DNA of 64,000 nt, taken from assembly GCA_016748015.1 (NCBI GenBank), contig JAAOMT010000302.1, positions 1-64,000 of the forward strand. The letters run 5' to 3'. Each line of letters begins with the position of its first letter. Within the stretch, counting starts at the first letter, position 1. Below are positions 12,847-25,350 of the stretch, in pieces. The notes beneath the pieces are model-generated. The model had not been told where the DNA came from and did not search any database. It saw only the letters and a program-made list of their open reading frames with translations. The translations under genes were made by a program, and so were the position numbers. Source of the DNA: Geosiphon pyriformis uo1. Lineage: Eukaryota; Fungi; Glomeromycota.

Positions 12847-13215
12847 AGGAGAATCTTGTCTTAAAATTTTGTTTTCCAAATAGGTCACAATGCACATATT
12901 TAAATTATTTTTGTTATTTTAAGAAATGAATTTCATTTATTTTTTTAGCTGCATGAGCAAACTGCATTGTCATTTTCGGAATAGAAAAATTTAATTCAAA
13001 ATTTATATTTTTTTGGAATCTAGAAAAAAAATTGATGATTTGTAATTTTTCTTGTAATTGACATGATATGGGCTGTTCCCATTCATTCAAAAATTACCAT
13101 AAATTAATTTAATTGTAACATGTTACATGAACACAAAGTATGCGCTCGGAAATAGATAAAAATGCCCGAGGTAATCGTTTGGATGCAAAATTGAAAAAAC
13201 TTAAATTTAGTCACA

Positions 13216-13575
13216 ATGACAAATAAAGGAATTACTGTCCCATCTGCTACACATCAAAATTATTGGAAAAGAATGTGGGATAACCCTTCATCCTCGAGTA
13301 AAAACAATCAAATACCATCAAATAATAGTTCAATCACTGATCTAGCTTCACGTGTAGACGAATACGATGAAATTGTTAATGATGAAAATCAAATACAAAT
13401 CCATGTATCATCAGATAACACATGCTGTTGTATGATGTTTCTCGAAAACCAGGCTACAGGTCGAAATAAACTTTACTTTTGGCTTTCTCTTTCAGTTTTT
13501 TTCGTTATGCTATTTCTGTTACCATGCATCTTTTCCTGGACGTCACAAGGAAGACTTTCTTATTTTAAAACTTAA
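13216..13575 (+). CDS. Small membrane protein with C-terminal TM helix (119 aa)
   Basis: Clean ATG ORF with a polar N/S/D-rich N-terminus (ITVPSATHQ), a CCC cluster and a hydrophobic LYFWLSLSVFFVMLFLLPCIFSW segment near the C-terminus. A GTAAGT donor just after the stop suggests a 3'UTR intron. Confidence 0.7.
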   Translation: MTNKGITVPSATHQNYWKRMWDNPSSSSKNNQIPSNNSSITDLASRVDEYDEIVNDENQIQIHVSSDNTCCCMMFLENQATGRNKLYFWLSLSVFFVMLFLLPCIFSWTSQGRLSYFKT

Positions 13576-13649
13576 GAGATCATGGGGGTAAGTGTTTTTT
13601 TTTTGCAATTTAACTTTTTTAGATTTAAAGATTGAAAAATTAATTATTT

Positions 13650-13684
<35 letters not shown>

Positions 13685-14592
13685 ATTATTATTATTATTT
13701 GCAATGGTTTTTAAAGCTTACTCATTCTGATTAAGGCATGGAGTTTGGAAACAATCATTATGGGAACCGCGAAATGACAGGACAATAATTTTCGATAATA
13801 TTCATTAATATTCAACTTACTCGGCTCGATTAATAACTTGAAAATTTCATTTGATCAATTAATAATTTGAACATTTTACTCGTAAGTACACATAATTTCC
13901 AAGACAAAACCTTTTTTCAAATATAGAATATTTTAAAAGTTTTTTGTCCATAGGTAATTATTCACTAGATAAACTTTTTCATGTACATTCACTAGATAAA
14001 CATCTCAATTTATTGCATTATTTCAAAACTAAAAATTGTTTATAAACCTTCTAAATGAAATTTAATTTTACAATTTAAATTTTGAAAGAAATTCTCACCG
14101 TTAATATCATTGTAATGAATTAATCTCCGTAAAATACATTAAATATAATGAAATTTAAATTTAATAACTCTTTTAAGCATTATTTCGTAGCAAATACCCC
14201 TCTTTTATTATGTAATTGGGCGTATTTATCAAGCAAATTACCAAAATATTTAATATAACAACCAAAAACCTGATTGAGAAAAATTAGATTATTGATGACA
14301 AGCAACTTGGAGACATATTTTATCTCAAGAAGCTTCGTTAGATTATTATTAAATTAACTTTGAAATTATAAAAAATTATTTTTGTAAATTTTAAAAATTA
14401 TATGACAATAAACTTGGTTTTAATATAATAATAGATATATATATATATATATTAAATTTTATAATATTGTTATAATATTTTTGATTAAAGTTAATAATTA
14501 TAAGAATAGTTTAATTTTTTGATTTAAAATAAAATTTATTTTAATAAAATTTATATTTTGTTAAAATTTTTAATCAAAATTCAAAATACAAT

Positions 14593-14728
14593 TAATACAT
14601 TTATATTAAAACTATATTTATCATTAATATATTTTATTGTTTTAATATGAAATTATAATACATTTATATTAAAACTATATTTATCATTAATATATTTTAT
14701 TGTTTTAATATGAAATTATAATACATTT
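14593..14728. repeat. Exact 63 bp tandem duplication
   Basis: TACATTTATATTAAAACTATATTTATCATT...GAAATTATAA starts at 14596 and 14659, with a partial third copy at 14722. Confidence 0.9.
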
Positions 14729-14771
14729 TGATTAAATATTTTTTAATTTTTTAACTAATATTTTTAACATT

Positions 14772-14803
<32 letters not shown>

Positions 14804-14859
14804 TAAAGTTAGAATAAATTATCTATTTTTTACATATAACTAATAATCCAAATTTATAT

Positions 14860-17330
14860 TAAGATTATATTATATTAAACTCAATAAATAATTTCTAGTA
14901 TCTATTTTACCAGTTATATGATTTAGATTTATACTATTTTTTACGATATTACTTGACCAAATTCTGGTCTTTTATTTACAATAACTTATATCTTAATGTT
15001 GAAACTTTTACAAAAGTCGCAAAAAAGTAAAATCTTTTTGCATCTTATTACCTAAAAAAAGTCACCAAATTTATTTTTAAAATCAGTAAAATTCTTTTAT
15101 AAAAATGTCAAAACTCTTGCCAAATTCTTGATTTAATTATCAAAAAGAAAGCAATTTTGTTTTAACTTTATTACAGAAACTGATTTTTTAATAACAAAAT
15201 CAAAAATTTTGAACCACCAAAATATTAACAAATTTAACTACAAATTCAATCAACTGAGTCAACTTCAATAATCTGATTTTTAAAAAATTAATTTGAATTC
15301 GAAAATATAATTAACAATAAATAAATTTAGAAAATCTACAATCTTAACATAAGATACCAAACAAATTAATTGGTTTATAAAAGTTTTAAACATAACAAAA
15401 AACTTAAAAAAAACTTAAATAAACCAAAAAAGACAGTTTAACAATTAGCAGCTAAATAATCCAAATTTTATTACTAATTAGATTCAGAAAATTAAAAAAA
15501 TAAAACAAGTTTGATTACCAATCTGAAAAATTATATTACCGATTTTAAAGATAATACATATTAATTAATTTGGTCTTAAATATATTATAAAAAGCAATAA
15601 CTTCTTTTTAATTAAAAATTAAAAAGATCCAAATTTTGTTTTTTTATTAAAATTAACCAGTTAACAAAAGTAGTATTAAAAACACTATAGTATATTATTA
15701 TAAACTAATTAACTTAAACTTAATACTAATTACATAACCAAAAACACCAAAAGCCAATATACCAAACAATTTAATTATGTTTTAATCAGAACCAGCTTTA
15801 AAAAATAGTTTGTTTTTATTATTATTATTTATAATAAAAAAAGTATTATTGTTTTGCCAAAACATAATATATTATTATTTAAGCCAGCCACAACTTTTAC
15901 TAATTAATTTTTACATTAAAATCTGATTTTCTGTTTTTGCAACAAATTATTAAAAAATACTAATAGTTCAAAAAAAAAAAATATTAGATTAATTAGTGGT
16001 TTGAACATAAAAAATTATAAAACTAGTTTATAAAAACTTTTTTTATTATAAACAGCTTAGTAAAAGTTTTATCCAAATGAAATAATAATTTTACAATTTA
16101 AATCTAATAATTTTATTTTTACATTTATAATAGCATTAATATTCTAAAATTTTTTATCAAATATAACTTTTTTTCAAAATATTAGTTTTAAAAATAATAG
16201 TATTAAAAACTTTCTAAAACTTAAAAGTAACAATATCATATTTTGAGTATAGTTAAATTAAAATAACTAAAAAACAAAGTATGTCACATATGTATTTGAG
16301 TAATTATATTGTTTTTTCTTTTTACCAAAATTAATTAATAAACAAGAGCTAAATTAGCAGAAATAGAGTTTTTAAGCATATTATCATAAACTAATAAGCT
16401 TTAACTTAATAATAATTTAACTAAGAATATTAAGAGAATTTTTAATGTTATCAAAAATATTCTACGTAAAATTTTGTAAAGTATAATAATAGTAAATTAA
16501 AAACAAAATTAGTGTTTACAGTAAATTTTGTAATCTTTAATAAGACCAAAAAAAGTAACGTAACAAGCTCAATTTTGATAACAGTATTAATTAAAACCTA
16601 AAATGCAAATTTTTATACAAAAGAATTTAATATTGTTTTCAATAGTTAATTCAACATTAATAAAAATTATGTGCAGCTGAAATACAATTTTAACATAAGT
16701 CAATTTGATTTTTAAAAATATCAAACACTGAAATAAAAGCCATTATTTAAAAAAGGTTTAATAACTAATAATAATTTTTTAAATATTATCAAAGCTAATA
16801 GTATATGCAAAAAAACCAGAAAGTTTTTATGTAATCAGCTCAGTTTTTTATGTTAAATAATATCACAAATTAAATTAAATAAAAATATGTGGTAAAGCAT
16901 AATTCGTGTTGTTTTTAAACTAAACAATAATTTACTAAAAATAACTTATTAAACAATCTAATTAAATATTAATTTATGATTATTTTTTTTAAAAAAAAGC
17001 TGATTTTAAAACATTAATAGAAAGTTTAATATTTTCAAAGAAAACAAAACTGATGTTTTATAAGACGTCAAGAAATTTTGCTATTACAAATAAAATAGTG
17101 GATATTTCTTGGCTATTTTGTTCTTTCTGGCCATTTGTGAAATAGAGATGAAAGATAATAAAAAAAATAATAGTTGGCTATTAGTTTTTTGTTAAAAGTT
17201 TCAAAACTTTTGTTAATAATTGTGACAACACTAGGACTACTTTTGATGTTCTGCTTAAATAGAACTTTGAAAGGTTATTTTCAGTCAACAAAAAAAGTGC
17301 TTTCAAAACAAATAATTATATGTATTGTTA
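14860..17330 (+). mobile_element. Highly decayed retroelement relics (LTR-like; LINE ORF1-like piece at ~17000-17330)
   Basis: Coding-like texture with dense stop codons and strong loss of G/C. Family assignment is by resemblance only. Confidence 0.35.
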
Positions 17331-20275
17331 AAATTTTTTGTTTTTAAAATTTTGATGATAATATAATTAATATTAAAATTTAAATAATTAATTGGTTTTA
17401 ATTAAGAATTAATAATATAATATATTTAAAATAATATTCTATTAATTTTTACTTATTACATAATTTTTATTGTTTTAAAGAATGTAGTCAGTCTGCTATT
17501 ACATTGAGTAGAAATATATAGGTTTTAGATAAATGAATACCATGCAAATTTTACATGTGGCTAGCCATTATAAAAAAAACCAATATAAATTTTTTTATTA
17601 ATTTTTTTAATACTATTATTGATTTTGTAATTTTTTCGTAAAATTTTACTTTTCAAGTATTTTTAATACTCATTTTAAACAGATGTAGATTTTGACAAAA
17701 TATTGTGCATAAACATTCATCAGTTTTACCAACTACATTTATTTGAATATATAATATGTTAATCCTTTAAAAATAGTATTATATCTTTTCTTGACCATGT
17801 AACTTATCTATTATATCTTACATGAATGAAAAGTAATATATAATAATTAAACAATCTTTGCGATACTTTTAGGTTTGAAATGAAATAAGGCAATAGCTTT
17901 ATATAAGAGTACTATTTATTTAAGGTTTATTGAATTATAATTTTAATAAAATGGTTTGCATTATTTTGGATCTTCTTAATAATTTTCAATTAATACTTTA
18001 AGCTGTGTTATTCAAAATTTATTTTTTTCTGGTTTGAAAAAAGCCATTGTTATTGTGAATTTTTTGAAATAGCTTGATTCTTCAATAATCTTAAAGTTAA
18101 TAAATTTCAACTATAGAAAACTGCTGACCTAGAAAACAAAACTGAGAGGAATTATTCTAAAGTCCTATTCATATGATTACTGTTAATTTTTAAAAGTCAG
18201 TTAACGCTATTAAAAAATAAGTTTTGCAACTCTACTCATTTAAAAAATCATGTTTTCCAATTGGGTGATCATCTTCGGTGCGATTAATTGAAATCTAATC
18301 TCATAATAATAATAATAAGTGTTTTTCATATAAAAATGAAAAAACTTTTTTCGCACACTTTATTATCTAATTACCGGATCGCATAATCAAATTTCGAAAA
18401 CTTAAATAAATTAATTTTGATAATTAAAGATTGATAATCTAGATCTATATCGTTATTAAAAAAACTGGAATTCACTTAGTCACAAAATTAATTTTTTCTA
18501 AAATTTCACACATATGAGGTTTTAAAAAATTTCAATGATCTATCTCGTATATTTTCAAGTTAAAAAAATTCCTTTTTAACATGGGAAAATTTGACTTCAA
18601 GATCTATTCCTTTGAATCAAAAAGATGCTGACAGAAAAATAAAAGATTTGATAATATTTGGACTAGAAATTCTAGCCTAAAAATTTAGTCTTGAACATAT
18701 ATTTTAATGCTTGTTATTATTTAATAATTGTGAAAATTTTTAACTTCATATTTTTTCGAAAAAAGATTATTGCTATTTGAATATATGGTATCAAAATTTT
18801 GAGTTAGCCATTCAAAGGGTTCGACATATAATATTAAGAGTTTTAAATTAGTTCAGTAATTCAAGTTAGATTTTCACTCGTATGATAAGATATGATTCGG
18901 AGTGATTTTATACGCTATTCAGATTTACAACACCCCTTATTGTGTATTTGTCTATTCATTTATTTTTTCGACAAATATTATGAATCTTTATTGCCACAAA
19001 TTACAAAGGAAATACAATTTTATTATTTGTTAATTTCAAGTTTTCCGAATTATAAAAAACAAATTTCAGTTAATCAATAAAAATTTAAAATCTTCGCTAG
19101 CTCAATAAGTAGTAGGAACTAACCGTTTTATTAAAAATCTTGAGTAAGAATCTCTTTCACAGATAAGAATTGATTTAAGATAATCTTTACTCTTTTTTTT
19201 AGCTAGAGTCAAGTAAATTTATAAACCTCCGATACCCTGAATCCTTCTTTCTAATGATCAATCCTGGGGGGCATAATCCAAAATAAAATCATATTGAGGA
19301 ATTGTAAAATCTTGGTATTTTATGCCAAATTTAAAATTTAAAACGAAAGGATTTTTAAATTTTAAATCCGTGAACTAATAAAGTTATTTCGGGAAAGTGA
19401 CTACATGTATTAAAATGATACAAAATATAAAATTCTGATTTTTTCAAAAACTCAGGTCTTCAATATTTAATTATCTCGCAGTTATCAAAAAACGTTCCCA
19501 AATAAATATTTCTATGACTGATTCAATACAAAACTCTATATCAATCCCTTATTATTAGAATAATGAAAGCGCTAAATTTATTAAAGTGGTTTTTAAAATT
19601 CCTTTTTCCACTTCAGCTGATCAAATAAGTTTCGAGAATTTTAAGAAATCTGAGTCATTAAAACTTTTCTTAAAATCTTTTCTGTGCACATGACAAGCAA
19701 TAATCAGAATATATAAAATTATGTAAAGTCTCGGGTAAAAATTTTATGTCTCCAAAAAATAATTAGGGCTATAAAATTTCTCTTGCACAATTTCTTAACA
19801 CAAATTTCTGTAAAAGTATTGTCTCCAAAGTAATTTAACATAATTAATTAGATTCAATTGTAAAATATCGATTAATATCTTAAATGTTAAAAGAATTGTT
19901 TATATATTTCTAACTTTTGTTAGCATTATCCAAAAATGTTGGAACGATTCTTTTGAAAAATTATTTTAGCTAGTTGGCACCAAAGATTGGTTCCAAGTTT
20001 ACAATAGAAAAAGAATTGATTTCAAAAATTAATATTTTTTTCCAGCATTATAAAATATATGTTTTCTCAAAAAATTGAATTCATAACTTAATCAAAGTTC
20101 TTGAATGAGTATTTTCAAAACAAATTTAAAGGGGGAATTTCATGAAATTTATATTTTCAAACCTTTTATTTGTTAAAGTTCTAGCACTCATGAAATGGCT
20201 CGAATCAATGCAAATAATTTTGGTCTGGTTAGAAAGTTTTTTCAACGATAAATATTTATAGATATTTGATCTGTC

Positions 20276-21743
20276 TTATTCTTGAAAATTTTGACAATTG
20301 CCCATTTCATATCCAAAATATGGCCCTCTATGAATCAAATCATTGGGCACGTCTGTAATCGATTGACCAGAATTGCATTCCTAAATAAGGATGACACAAA
20401 TAATTGACTTTAAAAAAACTTTTAGGAAATTTTCAAATGAAAAATTTTATGAGGTCTATACCGGATTTTCACCAGACATGACTCCTTCTGGAAGCAAGGA
20501 TTCATTTGAGATAAATTTTTGTTTCCTTTGCCTCTCATCATGATGAAATCCATGACATTCAAAAATTTCGTCTGCTTGGTCTCCGGGTTGACAATCACAG
20601 TTTGGTCTTATCCAAAATTCAGTTTCATGATGCTGAAGGAGATTTTCACCACTCCCAGAATCAGGATAGTGTGGCACATGATCGTTACCATGAGTAATTC
20701 TAATAACATCTAGCACTTTATTTACTAAGCGTGCAAATATAACGTTCCCAATTCTTGGAGCTCCAAAAGTAACCACTTGTGTTTCAAAACTTGATAGCTT
20801 AACACCTGGAAGTCTATTATTCTGATCGCTGAGCATTGATTCGATTCTCCAGGTCAAACCCGCAATCACGGCGTAGGCTATATTACAGAAAAAGATAGTA
20901 TTAGAAAATAATACTGTACTTTATAATTTTTTCAAAAGAGTTAAACTTAGTTTCTGAACTCATATGCTTACCACCACCAACGCCATGACCAGTGAAAATA
21001 ACCTTTTTTATTGGGACATTCCTCTCTCTCAGTATCGATTTCGCGATTGTAGAAAGTCTAGGTCTCATTGCCATTACGTCTTTGTACCATGATTCTTCCA
21101 CACGTATCAATGCATTAGGTTGGAGTTGTGGCACCATATAATACCTTAAAGTTGTTTTTCTTGTTGACCATTGAGCTTTTGACAGTTGGACCCCTAGAAT
21201 TTAAAAGCGATTTGAAATTTTTAGCCCCTTATTAATTTGTGAGAAAAGACCTTAAATAATGGAAGTAAATCAGCAAATATTTACCAGCAAAGTACATTAT
21301 TAAAGATTGTGAGACCCTCTCATACATAAAATCAGCTATTATAGAATAAGATTCTCAGAAAATTCTGTATGTAAAATTCATCGGTGCAATTTGTTTGAAA
21401 AGAAACCTTTCACATGACCTCCCGGTATTTCTTTGCCTATTTCGTTTATTGACTGACAATAAGCAACATATGAAAATTGTGCCATGAGCGCGATCGTTTG
21501 TAAAAATTGTTGGCTTCGCTGAGTTTGTTCGAGAGGTAATTTTGTTGGATATTGAGATGCACGTTTAGTCAAACTTTCAAATGTATTTGTGTCCCAGTAG
21601 TGATGTTCTGCAGCTTCAAGATTATATGTATAATTTATTGACGAACTGAAATTTAACCTTCTTAAACTGAATTTTGCAGCAAAGCAAAACGGCAACAGGA
21701 TTAATATTAAAATTGTGAAAAGAAAAAAATTAAAAAAGGCCAT
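20276..21743 (-). CDS. Secreted class-3 lipase-like alpha/beta hydrolase with nucleophile Ser replaced by Gly (376 aa, 5 exons)
   Basis: Exons 21743-21407, 21335-21285, 21193-20972, 20877-20462 and 20380-20276 splice in frame. Signal peptide MAFFNFFLFTILILILLPFCFA; motifs AQFSYVAYC, FTGHGVGGAYA, VTFGAPRIGN, RITHGNDHVPHYP, HHETEFWI and HRGPYFG. Confidence 0.9.
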
Positions 21744-22181
21744 TTTATTCTGAAATGAAGAAGGGATCGCAATGTAGGTGAATCTAAACAATTCCCTTTC
21801 TTCCACGATATTTTCTTGGAAATATTTCAACGAGTACAATCTGGTATTAAAACCTGACTGGTTTATGGATGCTTCCTTTTTGCGATAATTAAATAGGTGA
21901 GAGATCTTTTCATATTATCATTTATCATTATTAAAATTTGACTTTTTGCCGTAAATCACAATTATTTGTCAATTTAGCAAAAAAGACAAACAAATCTGAA
22001 TAAGTTTCAGATATAATTTATGTGAGTTTATCATTTGTTAAATACCACCCAGTTTGCTTATATTTTTTAAAGTTGGTATTTTTTTTTTGATTATTGATAT
22101 CAGAGCACCGGGCAGCAAAAGGTTTGAATTGGTTTTTGATAAAATGTGCAAAATATTAGCATTAATAATAACAACAATAAC

Positions 22182-22224
<43 letters not shown>

Positions 22225-23059
22225 CTAACAAAATGCCTATCACTGTAACTTTCAATCAAATCTAAAATCTGTTAAAAGATAAATTGCACTGGTAATAAAA
22301 AAAAAGATATGAGCAGATATCATTATTATGTGGCAAGTTTAATTATGCGCATTTCGTGAATCTTTTTGTCACTGTTTGATATAAAAAATATTCGCAAATT
22401 TGCAACATTATCTCGAGACATTATTTTATTGTGACATGTAGATTTACTCTAAACCTAAAATATCAAATACATTATGCAAAATAAAGTTGTCAACATATAA
22501 TAACGGATGATTATGTGTAAAAAAAAAAAAAAATTCTTGGAAAAACCCATAAAATTATAGAATAGAAGTTACAAGTGTTCAAGTCCTAAAGGAAATTGGA
22601 ATGTATTTGAAAATTACATGCAAAGAATTTTCCAATAGTTTAAGTTATTAAGTCAATATCCAACTTTTAATAAATTATGGTTCGAATTGAATTCTTGGAG
22701 TCTTTAACTGAGTTGTTGCGATTTTTACTGATCAAAACAGAACTCGATTGGCTCAAGTCAAATTTGCTATATAAAAATATAATATCCCAATCTTACTAAT
22801 CTTGAAGTAAATTGTAGAATCGAAATATTAAATCGACAATCAAATTAACTTTTTATTTCATTGACAATTGACGAAACATCAAATCGTTTATTCTTTATTA
22901 TTGACTAAAAAGCCTAAGTGTTCAATTTGAAAAGAATCTGTTAAGCTATATTAACTCTTCCTCTCCTCAAAGAAAAACCTGGTTAGATGGTTGACAAGTG
23001 AATATATATGATAAAAAATTTAAAGAATTTCCAAAGCTAACTTTAGTTTATCTCACAAA

Positions 23060-25350
23060 TATACAATTCAGCTCATTTTCTTACTAGTAGAGCTCAAATA
23101 TTAGAAAACTTAATTTCGTTTTCATGAATAATAAAAATTAGTCAAAGACTTAAAACCTCTGTCTAAGGAATTAAAGTTATTTTATTAAATGTTTAGGCCC
23201 ATGTCTATTTTCCCATAATAAAATTCAGGTAAAACTAAAATACATATAAATATCCGCTTATAAATAACTTTTTTAAAACATATTTTGATAATAATAATTA
23301 ATAATAATTAATAATATAAAAATGATAATTTTAACTACTGCACGTTAATTTTGCTTTATTAAATTCTTATTTGGCTTGTGGTCTTCTAATTTTATGAAAT
23401 GTATCTATGGATGGGTGGATATATACCCTAGGGTTGTAAAGATTCAAGGTAATAGATTTAATGTTCGCAAAGGGAAAGTTTTAAAGAAAATATTCTTTAT
23501 TCATTTTAAATTCGAGGATTTTAGATCGGGTTGGGTTGGTCATTAAATAAATGCTTTTACGACACTTAGGATAGATATTGCTAAATTATAACGAGAAAAA
23601 ATATTTTCGTTAGCAAAAATTAAGTATTTCATCCGATCTGCTGCTAAAGACTCACCAATTAAGCTAATGCTAATTAGCCAAATCACAACCTTTAGAACAA
23701 AGTAAGTTTTTGGCTTTATTTGATGAGAAAATTCTAAATCAGGTTGTTGGGGACGATGATGATGAAATGCTTCCTAAAAAAGATATTTTAGATAGTGACT
23801 TTGATTATTAATAAATATTCGAAAATCGTTTTGCTATGGTAAACTGAAATTTACCCGTGGCAATTTGATAAAAACTATGGTCTCCTGAGAATTCAGACAC
23901 TCAAATTTTTCTCGGGATGGATATAGGGCTCGAGCACACATTTTTGAAAATGGCTGATCTGATTCTAAAGCTTCTAAATCTTCTTCGTAGCAAATGTGAC
24001 TAAATTGTTGTTCTAGGGGAGAAATTAAAGAATTTCATGTGATTTATTAAAATTGTTTAAGCCATTAATCTTAAAGATATGTCCGATCCTCAGCATTTAA
24101 AAGCAAAATTACCTTTAGAAGCTGAAGAATTCTGTTTAGAATATACCATGCTCTGTCTTTGTATAGCCGCCGGTAGGGAAGAAATCGTCACGGTTCTTGT
24201 TAACCGACCTTCATTGGAACTTCCTTGTTCCATATTCATATTCGGGTATTATTTGTGCTTTTAACGTAAAAGTAGTAAAGGAAGGAAGGAAGGTTTTATT
24301 TTGGGAGATGATCTTAGTAAGGAAGTGGATCTTGTCTTCTAAAACATTTAAAAGTTAGCTTGAATTCAAAAGGTCATGAAACCAATTAGATGGCGCTTTT
24401 TTATATGAAAATTAAAAGTTGATATAAAAGAATGAAATAGTTTTGCTAGCTTATAGTCTCAAAGTTTACACCAATCAAATGAAGTAGAAATAGATATTAT
24501 GCAATATGGCAATATGATTGATTGGCCCCTAAATGAAGATTCTTCAAAATCTCTCCCCTAACCAATACTCCCTACTGCTCACTAAGCCAATTTGCAGTAT
24601 GCTCTATTGTGGCCATTGTAATCCGCCTTCTCATACTTAATACCATTCATTTATAATAGCGATAGCAAGCTCGGGTTCAATAAACTATGATTTCAATAAT
24701 CTCGGAACTTCTGATCGAATGAAAGATCATCCTGCGTCAAATACAATGCTGGGTAAATGAGTATAAATAATTTGGCGTAATGGTGAGACTGAATGTGTAT
24801 GCCACACTAGATAACAAGACAGAATTAACCTGCATGCTTAGCAAAGTTTCTATCTATTTTCAGAAGTCCCGTGGTGCGCAAATCTTGCTGCAGGGCGTTG
24901 TATGTTTTCAGTTTCGGCTATATTATAAAAGCTAAATGGTAAATCTGTAATATCACAGCGAGAAAAAATATAATAGAAAATTTAAAAAAGTATTATAATT
25001 TCTTAGCCAATCCTAAATTAACCCATTGACGTTAATTTTGATATTTTTAACTTTTTTTAACTTGCTGTGTATCCTAAAATTTAGTTAATTATTCTACCAA
25101 AGAGTCCTAACGATAAGACTTATTTTTTAAAGTGTAACCCATCATTTTTTTGAAAAGGATAATCTATATTGAACTTTAGACTTCAATAAATGCTTTTTAA
25201 CCTGTGCATACAACATGAACTTACATGTTATTATAATCTTTTAAATAAGAAAAAAGTAGCATAGTAAAGTTATTCTGCCATGTGGTCGAAAATACATGTT
25301 TATCACGTGAAATTAACTATACACTGGCTATAACTGCTTTATGGAGAAAA
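23060..25350. repeat. Left arm of ~2.3 kb inverted segmental duplication
   Basis: Collinear reverse-complement blocks with 27905-30345, for example 25165-25197 vs 28083-28112, 23841-24232 vs 28962-29353 and 23066-23135 vs 30243-30338. Confidence 0.93.
23543..24239 (-). CDS. Small tail-anchored membrane protein, family member B (146 aa, 4 exons)
   Basis: Exons 24239-24113, 24012-23855, 23773-23656 and 23580-23543 with GT-AG introns: MNMEQGSSNEGRLTRTVTISSLPAAIQRQSMVYSK...SQETIVFIKLPR|EAFHHHRPQQPDLEFSHQIKPKTYFVLKVVIWLISISLI|AISILSVVKAFI*. Confidence 0.88.

Noticed and set aside
12656-12929. TYLL-repeat ORFs, and poly-Ile/Asn ORFs at 3972, 22038, 22054 and 37574
   Set aside because: They are translations of (TACT)n and (ATT)n microsatellites.
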